Shown here piece after piece: positions 12,720 through 25,057 of a stretch of DNA of 64,000 nt. The stretch's first letter is position 1. Each line of letters begins with the position of its first letter. Position numbers and translations under genes: made by a program. The DNA is from Octopus vulgaris. Its lineage: Eukaryota. The notes beneath the pieces were generated by a model. The model did no database searches. It was not told the origin of the DNA and was given only the letters and a program-made list of their open reading frames with translations. The DNA is taken from assembly GCA_951406725.2 (NCBI GenBank), contig OX597816.1:175398001-175462000 (forward strand), given 5' to 3'.

Positions 12720-14878
12720 CATACATACACAATAGGCTTTTTTCAGTTGCTATCTACAAAATCCATTAATAAGGCTTTAGACAGTCTGGGCCATGCAGTG
12801 GGACTGAACCCAAAAACCACATTGATTGGGAAGCAAGCTTCTTAATCACTCACCCACACTTGTGCCTATTTTAATGGTTTCAGTCATAGGACTTTGCCTA
12901 TGCTGGAGCATAGCAAATCAAAAACACTTAATGTAGAACAGAAATTAGATTCATTCGTTATTCTTCCTATTCAACTCCCCATAAAGCCATTGTTGTTTAG
13001 CTCCAGGTCGTCTCTGATTAAGTAGACCTTCAATTAAAGATTTTCTAGTTATTCCCATGTAAAAAGTGCCATTTGAATGTGGCTGATGCCAGTGCCACCT
13101 GACTGGCTCCCATGCCAGTGGCACGTAAAAAGCACCCACTACACTCTCGGAGTGGCTGATGTTAGGAAGGGCATCCAGCTGTAGAAATCATGCCAAATCA
13201 GACTGATGCTGCCAGTTCTCAGTCAAACCGTCTAACCCAGACCAGCATGGAAAGTGGACGTTAAACGATGATGATAATAACCCATCCCATTTTTTTTCTT
13301 TTTTGCATAACACTAGATTAATTTGTCTTTCATTATTTTTAATGTGTTATTTGATGGAGATTTGGTTGCTATTTCTAGCATTTTGAGCAGCCATAAAGAT
13401 GTACTGTTTCGCTGGACTTTATTTGTTTCATTTTTTTTTAAAACTCTGAACATAGCAAAAATACGTGGTTGTGTAAAGAAAGATGATGGTGACTAAGAGT
13501 TGATAAGACAGATCCAAGTAGGAGAAATGGGCTGGATAAACAAGGAAAGCCTGGAGAAGACAATTTGGGGGGCATTTTCAAGTTGACCTTTGAAATGTTG
13601 TCTCACATAATTGACTCTGAAATAAATTACAGCCTTTAAAATATGTAATTTGGTCTGATTGTTATAAATGATGAACAACCTTAGAATGTGTGTGTGTGTG
13701 CGCCTATGTGACAGACAGACAGACAGTGTGTGTGTGACAGCAGTTGCACAGGATTCAGAGAGAAACAGATTGACACTTTTTTTTTTTTTTTTTTGCTGAC
13801 ATAGAGTTTTTGAAAGCCTGGATATTGATGGAACCCTTTAAAGATCTTTAAACTGTTATGAGACTGCCTCTCATCCTATGCTATAAAGCTTCATTTTAAG
13901 GCATGCATCATAATTTCGTGTAAGAAACTTTTGTTCAGCTAGGTTCTAATCATCATCATCATCATTTAACGTCCATTTTCCATGCAAGCATGGATTGGAC
14001 AGTTTGACCAGAGCTGGAGAACTGCATCAGGTTCCAGTCTGATTTCACTTGGTTTCTATGGTTAGGTGTCCCTTCCTAATGCTAACCATTTTACAGTGTG
14101 TGCTAGATGCTTTTAATGTGGCATAAGCACATTGATATAGCATTGGTATAAGTGCTTTTTATGTGGCCCCAGCACAGTACTCTTACAGGCCAATCCTATT
14201 CACCAAGGGGATCTGGCCTGAATATTTCTGTAGTGGCAGATGGGTCTTCTTGAGTACAGCAAGGCACCAGGTGTCTCGGTCTTTTGTCATTTCATCCAAA
14301 AGTTTAGCGTCCTGAGGTGGTCATCCTAACAAGCACCAACTTTAATAATGTAGAAGTTATTTTTTACTATATTCCTTGAAATTGGTGATTAATTTCAAAA
14401 TTAATAAAAGCACATAGTGTATTTCAGCAAAACTGTGGTTGTAAAAGTGTTAAGTTTATATAAGAATTAAGATGAAATTAAAAGACTTCATGAGAAATGG
14501 TAAGACATTTGAAATTTATGACATACACTGTGATAACTGCCTGTAAACATTATAACAATGAGTGTTGATGATAGATTTCTCTACTGTCTGGATTTTCTTT
14601 CATTCAATTCATATTTTTATAAGACTTTTATAAGTTGTTTATAAATATCCTTTAATTGTAGCCTCAAGCAGCTGTATCTTATCAACGTAGATCTTCACCT
14701 TTTTCAAATGTTTACACTATGAAGTGACTTACATTATTATCTGAATTATATAAACTTGAAACCAATGACTGTAAATTCTTGCAAATAAATTGTTGTATTT
14801 TTGATATCACTTAAGACTTTATATTAATTTATATCTTATTTCTATTTTCTGATTAATATTTTTCTTTTTACTGATCAG

Positions 14879-15016
14879 GTGACTGTATTGGAGGCTCAGA
14901 ACTGTTTAGGAGGCAGGGTTGATGAAGCAAGTAATATTGGAGATATGTGTTTGGGCCAAGGAACTCAAATAATCAACAACTGTGTTAATAACCCAATTTG
15001 TTTGATGTGCATGCAG
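14879..15016 (+). CDS. KDM1B: KDM1B exon (GG motif)
   Basis: atcag| VTVLEAQNCLGGRV...GQGTQIINNCVNNPICLMCMQ |gtgagt. Confidence 0.93.
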
Positions 15017-16175
15017 GTGAGTTTGTGGCTTTGATCAACAGGGAAAAAGCAATTACTATCTCGCCAGTCCAGTTGCATTAGTATATGTGGTTATCATTTT
15101 TAGCATTTTTTTTTTTTTAGTTTCATGGATGACACGTTAACTTTTTATTTATAAATGAAATGTTAAACCTTGGTTCAATCATTCTATTGTTCCCTTAGCT
15201 ATGACACATGTGTTTTTGCTTTGATTATTTTGTTAGATATTTATCACTCTCATTTTCCTATAGATAATAAGAAGGGGCAGCTATCTGTAAAACACTGCTT
15301 CAAACAGTTCCTGCAAGCAAATAGATTCTAAATTCCAACCCTTGTTATCATAATATAAAAGTTTTCTAAAGTGTGAGTAGATTTTAAAGGTTTTAGCTTA
15401 ACTTTGGTTTCATGGCATCAAGAATTAGAGTTTAATGCTGGTTTTGTGGGATTATGGTTGGTTTGATTCAGGCCTTATGACATTAGGGTTAGAACATAGT
15501 GCTGGTCTTTTGACATTAAACATATGGAAAAAATATATCTTCTACAGATATAATGCTAATCTGTTACAGGCAACAATTCCAGATAATCCAACAGGTTTGA
15601 AAATTGAGATATGTAGAATTATGACACTGCCCCATTGCACTATAATGCAACCCATTCTACACATATGCACACATGAAACTATAAGTTTGTGGTTGAATAT
15701 CATAGCTATTTCAGTTTCAGCCTATATTAGTATGACAAATATGGAAACTTTAAGAAATGTGTATTGGAGGAAATATGGTTTCTCTTTCCATCCTATCAAA
15801 GGCACTTTTAATATCTGAACATACTGTATGGGAGCTGATATTTTTAACTTTGGTGATTACTGGTTTACATCTAGTATTTAATTTAGCATTTCATTCTTTT
15901 GTGATCAGTAATATAAGCTGCAGTAATATTCTGACAGCAAATAGATTTGGCTCTTCTCTGGAGAAAAATGTGTCTCTGCCCTCCTTGTTGCTGCAGAAGC
16001 TGTTAATCAACACCAGCCACTCTGATTTGGTATTCTCTGTTTGCCATGGGTTTCAACCAGAAATTTACTAAGCTAACAAAACGTCTTGCAGATAAGATTA
16101 ACCATAGAATATATTTAAAACGAAAACCTTTCATAAGTAGTGAGAAAGTGTAGATTTTGAATATTTTATTTTCAG

Positions 16176-16347
16176 GCAGACATAGATATGAAAATTATTC
16201 GAGACAAATATGAATTAATCTTTGAAAATGGTCAGCTGGCACTGCCAGAATCTTGTCGCCGGTTGAATTTCCACTTTAATGCTATTCTCGATGTTATTGC
16301 TGAATGGAGGAAAGATAATGCTTTGGCAAAAGATACAGGCTTATTAA
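16176..16347 (+). CDS. KDM1B: KDM1B exon
   Basis: ttcag| ADIDMKIIRDK...RRLNFHFNAILDVIAEWRKD...TGLL |gtaagt. Confidence 0.93.
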
Positions 16348-17905
16348 GTAAGTACATTTGTTACAAGTGTTTCCCATGTTGAATAGTCTGCATAATTTAT
16401 TTATATGCTTTAGCTTATATTTAATTTGGTTCTTAGCCCCAGAGTGAACTCCTATCTTCACAAAACTTTTCAATTTCTTCCTATCTCAATGAAAATCCCT
16501 TGGACCCTCCTATTTGCTGGTCTTTTGCACTCCTAATATCTCAAAGTTGATGGGAAGGTGACAGTCATTAAAAGAACACCTCCAACACCTTAAATTCCTC
16601 TCCTTCTTCAAAGACCATCAATAACTTCTGGAGACCTACAGCAATAATCTTCTGGAGACCTGCTCTCCTGTGTCACTCACTAATGGACCTTCACTCTTGA
16701 AAAATTTAATAAGAACATATGTATTTACATGACATGTCTGGAATGCAAATCTCCTAGCTAGACTAGGCTTCATTATCTCTTGGCTAGGGTGCTTTCAGTC
16801 AGATCACACCATGATGTTATGTAATGATTAAGCCTTCTCTCTGACCCATACTTTTGCAACCCATAGTTTGCCCCATGGTTTCATTTCAGTCTTCCACACT
16901 TTTATATAAACAACCTATTTGAAATTTCCTCTTGCGGTGCTGCTGACTGCAGATGATTTGACCTGTCACTCCTCTCCAACTGTCTGTGTTCAAGTGTCAT
17001 CTCCATGTCAACTCGGTGCTATACGCCATATCTATACCGACCCCGTGCATAAAACCCTCAAAAGCATTCTCCGATGAGGCCATATCAATCTTCTCTCCAT
17101 CAACAATAAACAAAAATATAATCACTACACCTCACTCAAAAAAGTTTTAGGCCTCACCACCACCACCAATAAAGATCTCTCTTGCTGCTCTCTTAGCATC
17201 AACTTAGCAAAGACTACATCACAAGGACTGATCTTTCTTCTGGGGCTCCTCCTTAACTACTTACTCTACAAAGCTTAAGTGAGGACTACAATAATGGAGT
17301 GCTAAAAGCCCATCTCCAAAGAAGGTTACCTTACCTTAAGCCTGCTACTACGGTGGCTGCTGTTCCCAAGAGTTGGGTGGTGTCATGCCACATGCACTTA
17401 GGCCCTCCTAACTTATTTGCCTCTTTCTCTTCTTTTCATCACTCATATTATGTCCTTTCCATCACTGCACTAACCACATCACCCAGTCCTTTCTCCCCAA
17501 CAGGCCCTTGAAATCCCATCCTGCCCAGTTCTTTCCAGTAATTATTCAAGAGGAACATGAATTCTATCAATCTCACCAATCAGAGAGATCCCATTAAGAC
17601 TGTTGGTACAGCTCTTACAGTTCCTTTCTCCAGATCAAACCATTAAAGAAACCCATTTAAGTTTAGTAATAAATTTTTGTGTTCAGAATTTGTTTTGGTT
17701 TTACGTATTTTTAAAGCAACTTTATTGTTTTCTTTCTTCAACAGTGATGACATTAACCTTTTACGGTGACTCCACATATTTTTTTTTTTTTTATATTACA
17801 TAAGACAGCATCACAAAACCTATTCCCCTTTAGGGTCAGGAAATATTCCCAACCTGAACAGCAGTTAGTTAAAATATGACCAGTACCGATACATTTCCTA
17901 TACAG

Positions 17906-17939
<34 letters not shown>

Positions 17940-18461
17940 ATTCTTGAAAGGATCTAAGGAAAATGTTCCTGTCAACCTCTATCCTCTCTCTCTTTCCGCA
18001 CCATTTCTGTTTCTCTGAACCTACTGATTCTGTACACCACCTAAAACAACTGCAATTCCTTCACCTCACCTGTTTCTGCCCTTCCTAATATACATTATTT
18101 TTTCAGTCCTGTACCAAACATTTCGGCAGATATTTTTTCCAAGAACTGCTTCTCTGTTTAGTTTCCAACCCTGCCACAATCCAACCTGAAAATTAACCAC
18201 ATTCTTATTCTTTAGTTTCAGAAAGGTGTCAGACATATTGTCTTTTTGTTTTCTCTCCTCCCCCCCCCATTAATTAAAAGCTAATACAGATCACATGCTA
18301 TCATTCAATACTCAGATATTTCTTGGGTTCCTTCTAAATATTACATCTTTCGTATACTTTTATTTTAGGTTCTTTATTAAAATGAAAATTATACAAGTTG
18401 CACATTTATACATAAACGCACATATATATATTTCTTTTACTGTAGTTTTGTGTTGTTACAG

Positions 18462-18520
18462 GCAAGTTTCGAGAAGCCCATGACCAATTTTTGGAGCAGT
18501 CCCAAATAGAATTTTCTCTG
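18462..18520 (+). CDS. KDM1B: KDM1B exon
   Basis: tacag| KFREAHDQFLEQSQIEFSL |gtgaga; phases match neighbours. Confidence 0.85.
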
Positions 18521-19226
18521 GTGAGATATTCAGATTCTTTAAAACTAATTTTGAAATCAGAAATATCTTTTGATATTTCTGCTTGTCTCCGTGTTTCTGC
18601 CTTCAAATGTTGAACCCATTTGACCCTGGTGCAGGCATGGCTTTGGTTTTAAGAACCTTGCTTTGCAACCATGTACTTACAAGTTCAGTTCCATTGCTCC
18701 TTGCATAAATGCCTTCTACTTTGGCTGATCAATGCCTTGGGAGTGAATTTGGTATGTGGAAGCCCATCATATACACATATATATATATGTGTCTTTCTGT
18801 TTTTGTTTGTCCCCACCCCATGCTTGACAACTGGGGGTGGGGGTGTTAACGTCCCTGTAACAAGTACCACACTTAAAATGTAAATACTGGGGTGGAATTA
18901 TTCCACTGAACCCTTCAAGGCAATGCCTCAGGATGGTTGCAGTCCAATAACTAAATCAAAAGATAAAAGATGGAATGAAATTGAAGAGATAATTGAAATC
19001 TTTAACATTAATGAAATAATTTCATGTGTTTTGCTTTAAGCAATCTTTTTAACTATGAAATGGAACTGAAGAGGTCATCAGATTCTTTAATATAACAAAG
19101 CATTATTATGAAGATTTATGAATGTATTTATCAAAATAGAAATGAGAAAATTTATAAAACATAAATTTCTTGTTAGTCTCTACTTTGCTGGTACCAAGTC
19201 ATCCTCAAGTTGTTTTCATCTAGAAT

Positions 19227-19580
19227 TACTCTTTTACTCTTTTACTTGTTTCAGTCATTTGACTGCGGCCATGCTGGAGCACCGCCTTTAGTCGAGCAAA
19301 TCGACCCCGGGACTTATTCTTTGTAAGCCCAGTACTTATTCTATTGGTCTCTTTTGCCGAACCGCTAATGCTAGAGGGACAAACACAGACACACACACAT
19401 ATATATACATATATACGACAGGCTTCTTTCAGTTTCCGTCTACCAAATCCACTCACAAGGTATTGGTCGGCCCGGGGCTATAGCAGAAGACACTTGCCCA
19501 AGATGCCACACAGTGGGACTGAACCCGGAACCATGTGGTTTGTTAGCAAGCTACTTACCACACAGCCACTCCTGTGCCTA
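19227..19580 (-). mobile_element. SINE family A
   Basis: Reverse complement of 386-786 / 21292-21670. Confidence 0.8.
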
Positions 19581-19975
19581 ATTAAAATACTTATTTTTAT
19601 AATCATCATCTAATACCTACTAACTTAAATTGTAATCACTTACCTAAAGTTACAGCATTGGGTCAGGTTTCTTGGTCACCATATTCTTTAATTTGTACTT
19701 CTTATAACACAGCAAATAAATTCCATAGTTGAATATCGAATGGTTTTCTATGGATTTGAACCATTTTTATTCAACATGGAGACTGAACAAGGGTGGGATG
19801 TGCCTTACATAACGTCAGTTAACCATTCACCATATTTATACTCTTCACATACACATACAATCCTCAGTTTCCCAAAGCTGAATTTTGTAATACAGTGTAA
19901 TATTTCTTAAATGTTTGAGATATGCTAATTTGCTCACAACTTCTGAAATTTAAATCTCATATTTATATATATATA

Positions 19976-20010
<35 letters not shown>

Positions 20011-20039
20011 GTAAAATAATATGTGACAATTATTCAATA

Positions 20040-20109
20040 GCCAAGATAAACCTCTGAGTTTCGGATGCTGAGGTGGAAATCTACAACACCATCTCTTCGG
20101 TTATCTGGC
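20040..20109 (-). ncRNA. Degenerate type I hammerhead-ribozyme-like motif
   Basis: GCCAGAUAA-CCGAAGA-stem II-GAAA-CUCAGAG-GU-UUAUCUUGGC; U16.1 is G. Confidence 0.45.
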
Positions 20110-20197
20110 CATCTGAAAAACGCTATGAAAAAAAAAATTTCCTCTATTTACATAATATTGAGGTCTCTTTCTTTCTTTTATTATCTTACCGTTTTTA

Positions 20198-20268
<71 letters not shown>

Positions 20269-20460
20269 GTATGTATATAAAATCAGAGTGGTACAACAAG
20301 GCACCAATATTCACTGGAAAATAGCAATCGATACAAATACAATGCTATTGTAAAGCTTCACTGCGTATATACTGGCAAAGACGTGTGTGTGCAACAAACA
20401 TGAAAAATTTGTCTTGCCTCTAGGAAGAACATTTGATAAATGGACAACTCAGAATCGGAT

Positions 20461-20533
20461 AATGCAGGACCGGTTTCTGATTCTTCAAATACGTTTGACA
20501 AGGTAAATTTGATCGGTCTTCATCAGCTGCATT
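20461..20533 (-). ncRNA. Type I hammerhead-ribozyme-like motif
   Basis: AAUGCAG-CUGAUGA-(42 nt)-GAAA-CCG-GUC-CUGCAUU; 7-bp stem I, full core, GUC triplet. Confidence 0.65.
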
Positions 20534-20671
20534 TACCTAGACAATATTTCAGATGTTGCCACATCAATGCCAGTATACTTGCCTGAACACCTAACCATTG
20601 ACAGAATGAGAACAGTGAAAAAGTATTTATATCAGCAAAAGACTTTATTCCTTATCCAATGCCCTACATGT

Positions 20672-20958
20672 CGCCGTTTTCAAGCCTAGCCAGGCTCATG
20701 GGCCCAGTTTCCCGGTTTCTGTGGCATATGTGTTCCCCCCAGCTGGACAGGACGCCAGTCCATTGCAGCATTACTCAAGAAACAGGAAGAGAGAGTGAGA
20801 GAAAGTTGTGGCGGAAGAGTACAACAGGGGTCGCCACCACCCCCTGCCGGAGCCTCGTGGAGCTTTAGATGTTTTCGCTCAATAAACACACACAACGCCC
20901 GGTCTGGGAATCGAAACCGCGAGTCCACTGCCCTAACCACTGGGCCATTGCACCCCCA
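20672..20958 (-). mobile_element. tRNA-derived SINE, family C
   Basis: Perfect 15-bp TSD caatgccctacatgt (20657-20671, 20959-20973); tRNA-like head. Confidence 0.85.
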
Positions 20959-21291
20959 CAATGCCCTACATGTACCAACCTTAAATGTTAACCATACATG
21001 ACCAATCCTTCTCAGTTCCTATATTTTAAAGGAGCTGTGAACATTCAACCTTTCGTCCCAATCATTCATGTTCTTCCCATATTGTAAAACACAACTGAAA
21101 CTCAGGCCATAGAAATTATTGTGAATACTCATTATGATGAAATATTTTGAAACTCTGCTGTTCAATCTATTTTGTGTGAGTGCATGTTTATGTGCACATG
21201 CTGAGTGCATGTTTATGTGCACATGCACACATACAGGCACACAGTTGTCTTATTACACAAAATTTTGAAATTTGTTTAAAGAATTATATAT

Positions 21292-21670
21292 AGGCGCAGG
21301 AGTGGCTGTGTGGTAAGTAGCTTGCTTGTCAACCACATGATTCCGGGCTCAGTCCCACCTTGGGCAGGTGTCTTCTACTATAGCCTCAGCCTGACCAAAG
21401 TCTTGTGAGTGGATTTGGTAGACGGAAACTGAAAAGAAGCTCGTCGTATATATATATATATATATGTGTGCGTGTATATGTTTGTTTGTCCCCCCAACAT
21501 CGCTTGACAACCGATGCTGGTGTGTTTACGTCCCCGTAACTTAGCAGTTCGGCAAAAGAGACCGATAGAATAAGTACTAGGCTTCCAAAGAATAAGTCCT
21601 GGGGTCGATTTGCTTGACTAAAGCCGGTGCTCCAGCATGGTCACAGTCAAATGAATGAAACAAGTAAGAG
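21292..21670 (+). mobile_element. SINE family A
   Basis: Full-length homolog of 386-786. Confidence 0.8.
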
Positions 21671-22045
21671 TTTGAACCAAATCCTTTTAAAAATAAAAAT
21701 ATTTTAGGATATTTTTTCTGATTTAAACCTGGATGAAATAACTTAAGTCTCACTTTCCAGTGGTGCTTTCCCACTGAACAAGTTTTGCCTGTCGTTTTTT
21801 TTTTATTTTCTACTCAAAGTAATTGATACTCTTATTCAAGTTAATCTGTGTCACTTTATTAGGTTAGGTGTGGCTGTGTGGTAAGAAGCTAGCTTCCCAA
21901 CCACATGGTTTCGAGTTCAGTCTCACTGCATGGCACCTTGGGCACGTATCTTCTACTATGGCCTTGGGCTGACCAAAGCCTTGTGAGTGGATCTGGTAGA
22001 CAGAAACTGAAAGAAGCCTGGCATGTATATATATATATATGTGTA

Positions 22046-24418
22046 TGAGGACCAAAGAGCTGAGGTATTTCGGATTACCAGACAGTGTGTCAGAGAAAAT
22101 AGTGATGTTACAGGAGAGAAATGTGTCTGCATGGATGATGGGGCACTTGCTTTTAATGTTGGTGAAAAGAAAGAGGCTTGGAGAAGCCATTATGAAAGAC
22201 TGCTGAACGAGGAGAATGAATGGGAGGAGGAGAGCCTGCCAAATGTTGACCCAGTAGAGGGACCAGCTACCCGAATAGACAGCTCCCTTGTAGATAAGGC
22301 AATTAAGGATATGAAACCAGGCAAAGCCCCCGGCCCATCAGGAATCACTGCTGAGATGCTTAAAACAGCTGGTTATGTGGGCTATGGCCTAGTCACCCGC
22401 ATTGTAAACCAGGTAGTTCACAATGGAGTCATACCCAATGACTGGCGCAGCAGCACCATAGTCAACTGCTACAAGGGTAAGGGTGATGCTCTAGATAGAA
22501 ATAACTACAGGGGTATCAAACTGTTGGACCAGGTGATGAAGGTCTCAGAGAGGGTCATAACCCATCTCATTAGGGAGAGAATTTGCTTAGATGCGGTTTT
22601 GTACCAGGTAGAAGCACCACTGATGCTATATTCCTGGTCCGACAACTGCAGGAGAAGTACCTAGCTAAAGATAGACCCCTCTACATAGCTTTTGTGGACT
22701 TGGAGAAAGCCTTTGACAGGGTTCCCCGTTCCCTTATCTGGTGGTCGATGTGGAAACTGGAGATTGACGAATGGCTAATAAGGGCTGTACAGGCTCTATA
22801 CAGAGAGGCTGTCAGCAAGGTTAGGATTGGCAACGAATATAGTGAAGAATTCCAGGTAGAAGTAGGTGTGCACCAGGGCTCAGCCCTCAGTCCCCTTTTA
22901 TTCATCATAGTCCTCCAGGCAATAACAGAGAAATTCAAAACGGGATGCCCCTGGAAGCTCCTCTATGCTGATGACCTAGCTCTCATAGCAGAATCACTAC
23001 CGGAACTAGAAAAGAAATTTCGGGTGTGGAAGCAAGGGTTAGAATCAAAGGGCCTTAGAGTAAATGTAGCAAAAAACCAAAGTAATAGTAAGCAGCAAGG
23101 CGTACTCAGCACACACCCCCTCGGGTAGGTGGCCCTGCTCAATCTGTAGGAAAGGTACAGGTAGAAACTCCATAAGATGCACCCAATGTAAGCTATGGAC
23201 GCATAAGAGGTGCAGCAACATTAAAGGGAAATTAACAGATAAGATAGCTTTCATGTGCAGCAGATGCACAGGGGCAATAGACACAACAGACACTCAGAAA
23301 ACAGATTCCATCACACTCCAGGGAGAGAAACTAGAAGTAGTTGATAGTTTCCGCTACCTGGGTGACCAAGTTAGTAGCGGAGGTGGATGCACAGAGAGTA
23401 TCACCACTAGAATACGAATAGCCTGGGCAAAGTTCAGAAAGCTCCTACCCCTACTGGCGACAAAGGGTCTCTCCCTCAGAGCGAAAGGTAGATTGTATGA
23501 TGCATGTGTGCGAACTGCCATGCTTCACGGTAATGAAACATGGGCTGTGACTGCAGAGGACATGCGTAGACTTGAAAGAAATGAAGCTAGCATGATCCGC
23601 TGGATGTGTAGTGTCAGTGTGCACGCACGACAGAGTGTAAGCACCCTGAGAGAAATGCTGGATATAAGAAGCATCAGATGTGGTGTGCAAGAGCGACGCT
23701 TGCGATGGTATGATCATGTGCTGCAGATGGATGAAGAGAGATGTGTGAAGAAGTGCCACTCCCAAACAGTTGAAGGTATCAGGGGGAGAGGTAGACCCAG
23801 GAAGACATGGGATGAGGTAGTCAAGCATGACCTCAGCATTGGGCCTCACTGAGGCAATGGCGAAGGACCGAGATCTCTGGAGATATGCTGTGACTGCAAA
23901 GACCCGGGCTGCTTCCTGTATCAGTTCCACATAGCCCCTGCCCATTCAAAGTACCCCGGATCCCAGATAGTCCTGCTGTGCCTGAGGAGATCTGTTGAGT
24001 CAAGTACATGAACATGAACGTCGAAATAAATATCAATGGAAATAGGAGTTATGATGCCTGTGCCGGTGGCACATAAAAAGTACTATCCGAACGTGGCCGA
24101 TGCCAGCGCTGCCCCGACTGGACTCTGTGCCGGTAAGACCATCCGAACGTTGCTAGCCCCGCCTTAGCTGGCTCCCGTGCCACTGGCACGTTAAAAGCTC
24201 GAACCGATCGTGACCGATGCCGGACCCCCCGGCCCCTGTGCAGGTGGCACGTAAAAAGCACCCACTCCACTCGCGGAAATAAAAAATAAAGCCGTAGAAA
24301 CTCTGCCAGATCAGACTGGAGCCTGGAGCGGCCCCTGGCTTCCCAGACCCCGGTCGAACCGTCCAACCCGTGCTAGCGCGGAAAACGGACGTTAAACGAT
24401 GATGATGATGATGATGAT
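22046..24418 (+). mobile_element. 5'-truncated RTE-clade LINE (frameshifted RT) nested in a family A SINE
   Basis: KAPGPSGI, NYRGIKLL, FVDLEKAFD, GVHQGSALSP, YADD, FRYLG, RGRGRPRKTW; (GAT)n tail; SINE halves at ~21865-22045 and ~24419-24560. Confidence 0.93.
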
Positions 24419-24856
24419 ATATATTTGTGTGTGTCTTTGTCCCCCCATCACTGCTTGATGACCAGTGTTGGTGTGTTTACATCCCCATAGCTTCGCAGTT
24501 TGGCAAAGAGACCAGTGCAATAAGTACTAGGCTTTAGACTATTAGTCCTGAGGGTGATTTATTCAATTAAAAAAAAAGCATTTAAGATCATTGTCTCAAT
24601 TTGATCTAAATTCTCAAAACCGTTTCTTTATTTTCTTGTATTCTAGTCAAGACTTCGAATCAGAAATAAAAGAAACAATAAGCTAAGGATGACTTTTGTT
24701 GTGTGAAGTTTTTCACTAGACAAACTTTTTTTAAAGGAAATAAGGAATTAATGATTTAAATGCTCCAAAATCAATATGAAATGTTTTGTGTTACTGTGTT
24801 TATGGAATTATCATTGGCTATTATTTGACTATTATTTTTTTTTTTTTTTACTTTAG

Positions 24857-25057
24857 GACGAAGAAAAGATCCTTGAGTATTATCTGGGTCACATGGAGTT
24901 GGTCAGTGGTTGCAGTGTTGAAGATTTATCATCAATGCATTGGGATCAACATGAAGCTTTTCCTCAGCTCGGCAGCTCCAGCATAATGTTATGTCAAGGA
25001 CTATCAGAACTATTATGTCTTCTCTCTAAAGATTTAGATATTCAATATAATGTTGAG
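24857..25057 (+). CDS. KDM1B: KDM1B exon
   Basis: tttag| DEEKILEYYLGHMELVSG...WDQHEAFPQ...DLDIQYNVE |gtctgt. Confidence 0.9.

Noticed and set aside
15435-16071. 127-aa and 104-aa intronic ORFs
   Set aside because: No recognisable motifs; probably decayed TE sequence, family not supportable
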